This document shows positions 27,046-36,657 of a DNA stretch of 64,000 nt, piece after piece. How positions within the stretch are numbered: the stretch's first letter is position 1; the number at the start of each line of letters is the position of its first letter. The DNA is from Octopus bimaculoides (lineage: Eukaryota), in contig NC_068990.1 in the NCBI RefSeq assembly GCF_001194135.2, forward strand, positions 32,222,588 through 32,286,587. Direction: 5' to 3'. Below the pieces are notes generated by a model. It was given only the letters and a program-made list of their open reading frames with translations, was not told where the DNA came from and did not search any database. A program made the position numbers and the translations under genes.

Positions 27046-27195
27046 GGTTGGCGTTAGGAAGGGCATCCAGCTGTAGAAACTCTGCCAAATTTAGATTGGA
27101 GCCTGGTGTTGCCATCCGGTTTCACCAGTCCTCAGTCAAATCGTCCAACCCATGCTAGCATGGAAAGCGGACGTTAAACGATGATGATGATGATG
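27046..27195 (+). mobile_element. SINE family C 3' part, young subfamily
   Basis: ggttggcgttaggaagggcatccagc...ccatgctagcatggaaagcggacgttaaacgatgatgat. Confidence 0.9.
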
Positions 27196-27219
27196 AATAC
27201 CAACACTATGAGAGAGAGA

Positions 27220-27254
<35 letters not shown>

Positions 27255-27710
27255 TTTACTTAAATCCCAAATCTTCATTGTATTTCTAATTAATTGAAAT
27301 ACAAAAACACATACAGTATTCTAATTAGAAGTATATGTATAGTCACCAAAGGGTTAAATAGTCGTTCTGTTGTACACTGCTAGTTAGATGTTCATTCCTA
27401 ATAAAATACATGGAACCAAGGATTAGAACTTGGGTCTTGTCTATCTTGCTTCCCTCTAGATTTCAGGGAGTACAAGAATTTGTGATTTGATATGGACTGA
27501 TGGTTGTTTATGGCTCCTTCTCTTACTCTTAACCATAAATAAATTAAATAAAACTGCAATCAACACCAATTCTTCTCTCTTATCTGTTATCATGTAATCT
27601 TAACTGGTTCAGTAAATCTGTACCATGGTTTCGTATAGATGTAACTATATATATGGTGTGATGCTATTACTTTAAAGGACAACTTAATGTCTATATTAAC
27701 ACATATTTAT

Positions 27711-28117
27711 AGGCGTAGGAGTGGCTGTGTGGTAAGTAGCTTGCTTACCAACCACGTGGTTCCTGGTTCAGTCCCACTGCGTGGCATCTTGGGCAAGTGT
27801 CTTCTACTATAGCCTCGGGCCGACCAAAGCCTTGTGAGTGGATTTGGTAGACGGAAACTGAAAGAAGCCCGTCGTATATATGTATATATATATATGTATG
27901 TGTTTGTGTGTCTGTGTTTGTCCCCCCAACATCCCCCCAACATTGCTTGACAACCGATGCTGGTGTGTTTATGTCCCCGTAACTTAGCGGTTCGGCAAAA
28001 GAGACAGATAGAATAAGTACTAGGCTTACAAAGAATAAGTCCTGGGGTCAATTTGCTCGACTAAAAGGCGGTGCTCCAGCATGGCCACAGTCAAAAGACT
28101 GAAACAAGTAAAAGAGT
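27711..28117 (+). mobile_element. SINE family A, full-length copy
   Basis: A/B-box-like head (gtggctgtgtggta; ggttcagtccc), CORE-like gtggcatcttgggcaagtgtc, internal microsatellite, many retained CpGs. Confidence 0.9.
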
Positions 28118-28152
28118 ATATAATCGATTCTAAACTTCTTTGAGCGCTTTAA

Positions 28153-28362
28153 CCTTTTTGATACCAGCCCATCTGAGGTTGCACCCAGTTCTATGACACA
28201 AAATTTCTGTTTAAAATTATCTTCCATCAAAATTTCACATGAATTTATGTTCCCAGAAGTAGTTTAATAACAAAAAAAGTTATTTCATTAAATTCTTCAT
28301 AATTTTCAAAATGAATTGACTTAAAAGCAGGGTATTTCAACTGAAATATGGTAATGAAAGGG
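28153..28362. mobile_element. piggyBac-like MITE
   Basis: TTAA on both sides (28149-28152, 28363-28366) with imperfect TIRs cctttttgatacc / ggtaatgaaaggg. Confidence 0.5.
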
Positions 28363-28629
28363 TTAAGGATTTTACACATGAAGTCATAAGCATTCAAATT
28401 ACATGTGTGTGTATGCATATGTTTCAATTTGTATGTCGTATATAAATGTATGTACCCATGTTTGTGATAAACAGTGCCTTATATATAAATCACACCTCCC
28501 CAGCCCTATCTCTCACTTACTTTCTCTAGTGAACAATGGAAATATTTCACATTCCCACTTCAAACTGGAGATAATCATGTTGACCTTCAAATTCGAACTT
28601 TTCTTTCACTAACTTTTTTTATTTGCTAT

Positions 28630-28706
28630 TAGCAGTTAAGGATTAAATAACAATGACTATAATAAAGATAGTAACAGTAATAATGATGATGATTATAGTA
28701 ATAATG

Positions 28707-28737
<31 letters not shown>

Positions 28738-28825
28738 CAATATAATAATATTAATAATAATAATAGTAATAATAGTAGTAATAATGATGATGATATAGTA
28801 ATAATAATAATAATAATCATACTGT
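28630..28825. repeat. Degenerate (AAT)n trinucleotide tract
   Basis: Direct reading; source of the spurious poly-I/Y/L ORF. Confidence 0.9.
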
Positions 28826-29171
28826 TGTAGTTGTTTTTTGAGTTATTAATATTTTTTATAATTCTTAAAAGCTTATTTTGCTCATGGTGAAAAAAATTCT
28901 TATTTTGATAAAATATTTCTATAATAACATTTTATGTATAAGTACATATGTGGTCTNNNNNNNNNNATATATATGTATACACACTTGCATCCATAATTGC
29001 ATATAATATATATTCATAAGAAATTATATATTGCACAAATGTGTGAAAATATGTGGGTGTATAATATATGTATATGCGTGTGTATGTATGTATGTATGTA
29101 TACACACATATATGTATATATGATACTATAGACATGATATATGTAGTATATATTTTATGACTATACATGTA

Positions 29172-29218
<47 letters not shown>

Positions 29219-29275
29219 NNNNNNNNNNNNNNNNNNNNNNNNNNNNNNNNNNNATATTTTATGACTATACATGTA

Positions 29276-29315
<40 letters not shown>

Positions 29316-30415
29316 AATTTCCATCTGTGTCTTTATTTTGCTCTGTGTGTATGACACGTATGTGCATGGGCATGTAGGTAAGAATCAATACTTTGCTTTT
29401 GTTTTTTTTCCTTTTCCTCTTCTTTTTCGCTTTTGACTCATCCGATGAAGCCATATACTTAAATCCTATTGACTCCTTAATGTTTGATCAGATCTGAGAT
29501 TAGAATGGGTGACACATGATCAAATAATTGCTTCAAGATGCAAGTTTCTCTGACAGGCTTTTGACGGTAAAAGTGGAATGTTTTCAAGGAAGGCTGACTC
29601 CTCATTCAGATCACCTAAATACCGACCTGCCACACACACACACACATGCAGAGTAGTACAGATATCCTTAGTCATAGAGATGTTTGTAAGTCAAAACAAA
29701 TACTCAGCATATCTGAGGGCAGTGTTATGGTATAAAATGCATTCACAAACATGTATGTACACACATACCCATGCACACATTCATTTACATGTGCACTCAC
29801 TCACACGTGCACTCACTCACACATGCACTCACTCACTCACTCGCGATTGAAATGTTCCTAACATGACGATAAGAAAATAAAAATGAAAATGCACAACTTA
29901 GTTGGAATTGTTTTTGATATATTAAGTCACAAAATATTTTCACATTTAGTATATCTCATCACTTTTTGAGCCATTCATAGAGAATGAGTAATTTACTTTT
30001 TAAGTATCTTTAAAAAGAATATGCTGCAATTTGCTGTGCTTGTCTTTGTATAGTAGTGTTCTTTGTAACAGGGCATATTATTAACAGTGATTAATAATTT
30101 AATATTTAAAAATGGCTTATATTTCTTAAATCTTTTTTCTTTATTGATTTGTTGTGGGTCTATAATTGTATCTGAGTATTTACAAACTGAAAATGTTTTA
30201 AAATTAAGTAGATGAATTTCTGCACATATTGCTATATGTTCACATAATGGTATTTTTCTGGTATCCTCATAACTAATCTGCTGTCTCTGTATTGTCATTC
30301 ATTTGCATTGTTTCAGTCCAGTTTGTTTATCGTTTTCTGGACCTCTATAACTCCACAATATGTTATTATATAAATTGTATTCTGAGAGTAGCAAGTAAAA
30401 TTCTATTTTACTTAA

Positions 30416-30637
30416 ACCTTTTCGCATTCAGATTACTCTGTCAATTGTAACACTTATTTATTCACATTGTTTTTTAATTGATCATTTAATATCTCGTAAC
30501 TTCAAAATTTTGATGATGTGATTGTTTAATTTTAGAATGACAGTGTAGGATAGGTGTGAAAGACTGGATTTGGCCTGTTTGAATAGAGAACTGGCAGAAT
30601 ATTTGGACCTGATATGGCTGGTTTAAATGCTAAGGGG
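30416..30637. mobile_element. piggyBac-like MITE
   Basis: TTAA at 30412-30415 and 30638-30641, imperfect TIR accttttcgcatt / aatgctaagggg. A related partial copy lies near 43355-43440. Confidence 0.55.
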
Positions 30638-30748
30638 TTAAAGATTTGTCCTTCCTTGAAGTTGAACTCTGATCCTTTGGTCAAATATAAGCATGTTGTA
30701 CAGTTTGGCCTTCTACATTTTGTAATAATTAAGTTGAACTTTTATCTT

Positions 30749-30785
<37 letters not shown>

Positions 30786-31034
30786 ATTTCAATGTCTTAG
30801 GTTTTCTTTTACTTATAATGACTTATTGATTTTCCAAAACTTTTTCCATTTCCCAGTCTTCATATAAAAACAGGCAAGTTTTTATAAATACGGCCAAATA
30901 TTTCTGCATTTCTAGGGTTAAATGTAGACACATATGGTAAAACTTTTTTTCTTGATGGTTGTACTTTTTACTCTCTTTAGATCTTGAATATCTATAAGTT
31001 TTGCTTTTCTATTCCATTTGTGGCTAGATTTTAT

Positions 31035-31250
31035 AGAAATGCTTTTTGAATAAGTATGTTTTTCATTTCATCTAGTCTTTGATCACATTTTGATGGGCTT
31101 GATACTATTGTACAAATTCTTTTAGCTAGGTTAAATGGAATTCTTGTATGTTCAGGATGAGAGGATGTGAGGAGAAGATACTGCTTTGAATGTGTGGGTT
31201 TATAGCAAGTGTCTGTTTCTGTCATTGCATCTGTTTTCATAATTATAAAC
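31035..31250 (-). mobile_element. Penelope-like element RT C-terminal (thumb) fragment
   Basis: TETDTCYKPTHSKQYLLLTSSHPEHTRIPFNLAKRICTIVSSPSKCDQRLDEMKNILIQK matches the PLE motif YxKPTxxxxYLxxxSxHPxHxxxxIPxxLAxRIxxIxS. Confidence 0.8.
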
Positions 31251-31388
31251 ACATATATGTGTGCACATTTGCATGGCACAGAGTCGATAGTTTGTCAGAT
31301 TGAATGTCTCACAGTATTTCTTCTGACTCTCTACACTCTGACTTCAAATCCTGTCAGTGCCAACTTAGCCTTTCATCCTTTCAGTGTT

Positions 31389-31426
<38 letters not shown>

Positions 31427-31506
31427 ATGCAGATGTGCATATGCATAGTTGTGCAGATATTGAGTTCACTTAGTAACTATTTGGTTCTGAGTCTTATCTT
31501 AATGGG

Positions 31507-31690
31507 TGGTACCTTGGGCAAGTATCCTCTACTGTAGCCTTGAGCCAAGCAATTCCTTCATCATCATCATCATCATATCATCCTTTAATGTCTGTTTTCC
31601 AAGCTGACGTTAAAGGATGATGATGATGATGATGATGATGAAGGAATTGGCTGGCTCAAGGCTAATGTAGAAGACATGCCCAAGGTGCCA
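31507..31690. repeat. Inverted repeat (about 85-bp arms, 13-nt spacer) built from SINE A and SINE C pieces
   Basis: Left arm 31507-31592 pairs with right arm 31606-31690, including the (CAT)n/(ATG)n tracts. Confidence 0.85.
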
Positions 31691-32082
31691 GAAATTGTAT
31701 GAAAGCCTGTTGCACATGCACCCCCCCCCCCTACACACACACGTGTGTGTATTTGTGGGACAGTTTACAGTCTGCATCTTTGGCTGAAATTATTTGAACA
31801 AAAAGGTGGTGATAGTATGATGACAATCAGCTTGTAGCTTTGTGCTTTTGAAGTGGAATCAAATTTGCCTTTATCTGTATTGGCTATCACTTTCTCCCCA
31901 TATTCTTAAGGCATGGGTACACTGAGCAGTTGCCCTGGTTAATCATGAGTTTAGGAGCCCAATGTTAATCTATGGATGCTCTGCCTTGCTATCAATAAAT
32001 TAATTCTATGACCTATAATGTTGTTCAGACAACTTTGACCACAACTAAATCATTAAAACTAATTTTCATTGATTCTCTTCAG

Positions 32083-32207
32083 TTTGGGTGTTCATGCACT
32101 GGACCTAGCTCATTGTTGTACTGAACTACCTTACTTCCCACATGTGCTGGAATTGTTGCTACATGAGGTGCTCGAAGCTGAAGCCACTTCAAAGGAACCA
32201 ATTCCAG
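32083..32207 (+). CDS. RIC1: RIC1 internal coding exon 7 of window (phase 2/1)
   Basis: ctcttcag acceptor, ccag|gtaagt donor. (N)[41 protein letters not shown] matches RIC1 [27 protein letters not shown]. This exon is not reported by the ORF track on the + strand. Confidence 0.96.
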
Positions 32208-32259
32208 GTAAGTAAATTCTTATTAATGCACTCATTATAACCGAGTTGATGTTTAACTT

Positions 32260-33224
32260 CAGTGGTTCCCAAACTTTTTTTTCTCTGGGCTGCATGTTCA
32301 GAATGAAAATTTGTTTGCGCCTCACCAAATTTTTTGTGATAAAAAGCACTCTTAAAAATTAAAAAAATGTTGACTAATAGTGTGTTAGATATATGTGGAG
32401 GCGCAATGACCCAGTGGTTAGGGCAGCGGACTCACGGTCATAGGATCGCGGTTTTGATTCCCAAACCAGGCATTGTGAGTGTTTATTGAGTGAAAACACC
32501 TAAAGCTCCACGAGGCTCCGGCAGGGGATGGTGGCGAACCCTGCTGTACTCCTTCACCACAACTTTCTCTCACTCTTACGTCCTGTTTCTGTTGTGCCTG
32601 TAATTCAAAGGGTCAGCATTGTCACACTGTGTCACGCTGAATATCCCCGAGAACTACGTTAAGGGTACATGTGCCTGTGGAGTGCTCAGCCACTTGCACT
32701 TGCATGAGCAGGCTGTTCCGTTGATCAGATCAACTGGAACCCTTGACGTCGTAAGCGACGGAGTGCCAACAACAACAACAACAAATATAATATATAACAC
32801 AACATATAATTAAAGTATACAAATTTAATGAAAGTTATTAGCTCGTTTTTGATGAGTAATCTCCTTTATACTAGGCCTAATTTGAAATAAACAAACTCTC
32901 ATCTCTTCATCAACACAAAGAAATCTTTCCTTGTTTGGTTTTTGATATTTGTCAGAGCTAAAAATCCTTGTTCACAGCAATATGTTGTAGAGAACTGTAG
33001 AAGAATGGATAATGCTTTTGAAGAGACACATGAATATTGTCTCTGGTTGTATATCCCAAAAGAGTCCAATGATATTTTAAATTTTGAAATCGTATTTCTT
33101 TTTGGCTGATGAATTTTTTGAAACTGTTTCTAAGTCATTGATTGTCTTTCAATCATTCTACCTCACCTGCTATCCTCTTCTGCTGCATATCTATAAGGCA
33201 TGCCACATCGTTTGGAAACCACTG
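32260..33224 (-). mobile_element. Non-autonomous hAT (Buster/Charlie-like) element with transposase C-terminal remnant
   Basis: TIRs cagtggttcccaaac / gtttggaaaccactg; 8-bp TSD tttaactt / ttttactt. Minus strand about 32865-33080 reads KALSILLQFSTTYCCEQGFLALTNIK then, after a frameshift, VDEEMRVCLFQIRP (hAT dimerisation region). Confidence 0.88.
32397..32784 (+). mobile_element. tRNA-derived SINE (family D) with (CAA)n tail, nested in the hAT element
   Basis: Head ggcgcaatgacccagtggttagggcagcggactc...ggttttgattccc; ends gtgcc(aac)n. Confidence 0.82.
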
Positions 33225-33400
33225 TTTTACTTGAATGTTCCAAGATTTCCTATCCTTCTCCCTCTCCTCTGTGAGTGTGTGTGTTCACGTGCATGCATGT
33301 ATATGCATTATATATATATATATATATATTATGGAGATATACTTGCAAAGCAAGTGACTTGATCTGAGATCGTGTGCTGAAACAAAAACAATTGCAGTAT

Positions 33401-33657
33401 GGAATATGTTTATAAGTCATTTAAAAACACACAAAAACTGTTAGATTCACTTCAACATTTAAATTTAATTTGTCATAATATTTTCATCGCTTTGTAACCA
33501 CGACCTGTTCACTGTCAAAATTTCATGCAGCATGAAATTTTGACAGTGGAAAGGTCGTGGTTACAAAGCGATGAAAATATTTTGACAAATTAAATTTAAA
33601 TGTTGAAGTGAATCTAACAGTTTTTCTGCGTTTTGAAATGGCTTATAAACACCTTCC
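33401..33657. repeat. 257-bp foldback, 128-bp arms, 1-nt loop at 33529
   Basis: Manual alignment gives 119/128 identical positions. The right arm runs into the N gap, so it may be longer. Confidence 0.95.
33470..33518 (-). ncRNA. Variant hammerhead-like fold (G3-C8 swapped core, extra G after A9)
   Basis: Minus strand reads ttgaca-GTGAACA-g-gtcgt-ggttacaaa-gcgat-GAAA-ata-TTA-tgacaa. All three helices can be drawn. Activity untested. Confidence 0.5.
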
Positions 33658-35236
33658 ACNNNNNNNNNNNNNNNNNNNNNNNNNNNNNNNNNNNNNNNNN
33701 NNNNNNNNNNNNNNNNNNNNNNNNNNNNNNNNNNNNNNNNNNNNNNNNNNNNNNNNNNNNNNNNNNNNNNNNNNNNNNNNNNNNNNNNNNNNNNNNNNNN
33801 NNNNNNNNNNNNNNNNNNNNNNNNNNNNNNNNNNNNNNNNNNNNNNNNNNNNNNNNNNNNNNNNNNNNNNNNNNNNNNNNNNNNNNNNNNNNNNNNNNNN
33901 NNNNNNNNNNNNNNNNNNNNNNNNNNNNNNNNNNNNNNNNNNNNNNNNNNNNNNNNNNNNNNNNNNNNNNNNNNNNNNNNNNNNNNNNNNNNNNNNNNNN
34001 NNNNNNNNNNNNNNNNNNNNNNNNNNNNNNNNNNNNNNNNNNNNNNNNNNNNNNNNNNNNNNNNNNNNNNNNNNNNNNNNNNNNNNNNNNNNNNNNNNNN
34101 NNNNNNNNNNNNNNNNNNNNNNNNNNNNNNNNNNNNNNNNNNNNNNNNNNNNNNNNNNNNNNNNNNNNNNNNNNNNNNNNNNNNNNNNNNNNNNNNNNNN
34201 NNNNNNNNNNNNNNNNNNNNNNNNNNNNNNNNNNNNNNNNNNNNNNNNNNNNNNNNNNNNNNNNNNNNNNNNNNNNNNNNNNNNNNNNNNNNNNNNNNNN
34301 NNNNNNNNNNNNNNNNNNNNNNNNNNNNNNNNNNNNNNNNNNNNNNNNNNNNNNNNNNNNNNNNNNNNNNNNNNNNNNNNNNNNNNNNNNNNNNNNNNNN
34401 NNNNNNNNNNNNNNNNNNNNNNNNNNNNNNNNNNNNNNNNNNNNNNNNNNNNNNNNNNNNNNNNNNNNNNNNNNNNNNNNNNNNNNNNNNNNNNNNNNNN
34501 NNNNNNNNNNNNNNNNNNNNNNNNNNNNNNNNNNNACACCCACCACCACCACCACCCATTCAAACCACCACCACCAACAGACATTCATCAACATACAACT
34601 TCCACCATCACCCTGCCATCATCACTACACACCACCTCCACCATTGTCAGAAATAATGTTTTTCGTTTTTTTTTAATTGTTTTGTCCATTCTTCCCTGTT
34701 AGTCTCCCCACCCAGTGACCTTCCTTTCCTCCTAATCTTGTTGCCCTTGTCAACCCCAATTACTCTTCTCCACACATCTCTGCACTTTCTGATATTTATT
34801 TTCTATAATTTTGATTTAAAATTTCCATTCCTTTTTCATTTTCATATTTTTAAATAAAAATTCTATTTTCTTCAGATTTTTTTGTTTGTCAACCTCTCCC
34901 CACCACATTAAAGGCAGGGTTTGAGTCTTTTGTTGATTATTTTATTGTTTTTTTTTCTGAAGTTTTGTTCCCTTTTTGTTCATTGGGCTGATTATGCAAA
35001 ACCCCTCCAGCAACAACAACAATAATATCCACCCATAGCCATTGCATTAACTCATAAACCAATAAACCTTCCTCTACTTGCTCATGTGATCTGGTGGAAA
35101 TAACAGTCAGATCTCCCTCAAAGCCCACCTTACTATTTTAAGGAAAGACACATATCCTCTTCTTCCTTTTGAACGAGAACAACACATAACTAGAATGTTT
35201 GAGGTTGCAACAAAGGACACCTTACTATGATTCACT

Positions 35237-35643
35237 TTAGTGAATCAAAAAGGAGTGATGTTTCATCAGGACAATGCGAGGCCCTACACTCCAAAGATCA
35301 CATCACAGAAGATCAAAGAGCTTGGTTGGGAAAAAATTCCTCATCCACCTTATTCTCCCAACCTTGCTCCTTCAGACTACCATTTGTTTCGTAGTATACA
35401 AAATCATTTGAGGGTTATAACTTCCACAAGCCAGGAGAAGGTCGAAACTGACATTTCAGAGTTCTTTGCTTTAAAACCAAAAGAGTTTTACAGTGATGAG
35501 ATTAAAAAGCTTGTAAATAGATGGAAGGAAGTCATAGATAATCAGGGAAAGTACATTGATGATTAAATTTCAATTAAATATAACATTTAATCACTTGTTT
35601 TCTGTATTCAAAATTCTGACAGAACTTATGGGCTGACCTCATA
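35237..35643 (+). mobile_element. 5'-truncated mariner transposon: transposase C-terminus plus right TIR
   Basis: ORF 35240-35566 has FHQDNARPYT, HPPYSPNLAPSDYHLF and LVNRWKEVIDNQGKYIDD. TIR-like end ctgacagaacttatgggctgacctcata. Confidence 0.92.
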
Positions 35644-35673
35644 AATTTGAGACAGTTTTGCTGGTGCGTGCGT

Positions 35674-35715
<42 letters not shown>

Positions 35716-35821
35716 TCATTCACCTTGGGGCACATCCAAGGAAAGGTCACCTGATTATTGGTAAGAAGTTACCATCACATCTCAATCTCTGTCCATACTA
35801 CTGCTGCTGTTGCTGCTGCTG

Positions 35822-35852
<31 letters not shown>

Positions 35853-36224
35853 AGTGGTCTCTCTTCCTTGGAGCTGGTTGGTTTCATGCAACATCCACAT
35901 AGGCACTCCTAGTTCACATGTCTCACTTCCAGCTAATCAGCCCATTGAAAAAATACAATAAAAAACAACAAAAGCATATCAAGGGCTTCTGATTTGTCCA
36001 TGTATTGGGTGGATGGTAGCCAACAACCTCACTTTGCAATCCTAAGTCAATCATAATAATTAATATAGCTGTCCACTGCAGTTAATTAGTATGACCATTA
36101 TTTACAATTTACTTGTATAGTCATCATTTACAATTAAGTGATATAACCATGTATTACAACTAATTTGTATAACTATCTTTTACTACAACTAACTAGTACA
36201 AGTATATATTTCTGCAATGGCACA

Positions 36225-36657
36225 TAAAAGCATCAGTTGAGCGGGGTCGATGCCAGTGTCGCCTGACTGGCTCCTGTGCCAGTGGCATGCAAAAAGCGCC
36301 ATTTGAGTGTGACTGATGCCAGTGCCACCTGACTGGTACCCATGCCAGTGGTGCATAAAAAGCACCATTCAAGCATGGTCGATGTCAGTGCTACCTGACT
36401 GGCTCCTGTGCCAGTGGCATGTAAAAAGCAACATTCGAGCGTGACCGATGCCAGTGCCGCCTGACTGGCTCCCATACCAGTGGCATGTAAAAAGCACCCA
36501 ATACATTCTTTAAGTGGTTGGCGTTAGGAAGGGCTTCCAGCTGTAGAAACCTGCTAGATCAGATTAGAGCCTGGTGCAGCCTCCTGGCTTGCCAGTCCTC
36601 AGTCAAACCGTCCACCCCATGTCAGCATGGAAAGTGGATGTTAAACGATGATGATGA
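36225..36657 (+). mobile_element. SINE family C with four 66-bp tandem units, inserted in a degenerate tataaccatgtattac minisatellite
   Basis: Units start at 36249, 36315, 36381 and 36447, followed by the family C 3' part and (GAT)n. Confidence 0.88.

Noticed and set aside
29993-30298. KYKPFLNI in a minus-strand ORF, similar to the RIC1 C-terminal GYKPFLNI
   Set aside because: Wrong strand and order, AT-rich low-complexity context, no extended similarity; treated as chance.
32397-32470. tRNA-like sequences here and at other SINE heads
   Set aside because: They continue into SINE bodies and lack a complete cloverleaf, so they are not called as tRNA genes.
36249-36500. CRISPR-like appearance of the 66-bp periodic array
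   Set aside because: Whole units are homologous with no unique spacers, there are no cas genes, and the context is eukaryotic.
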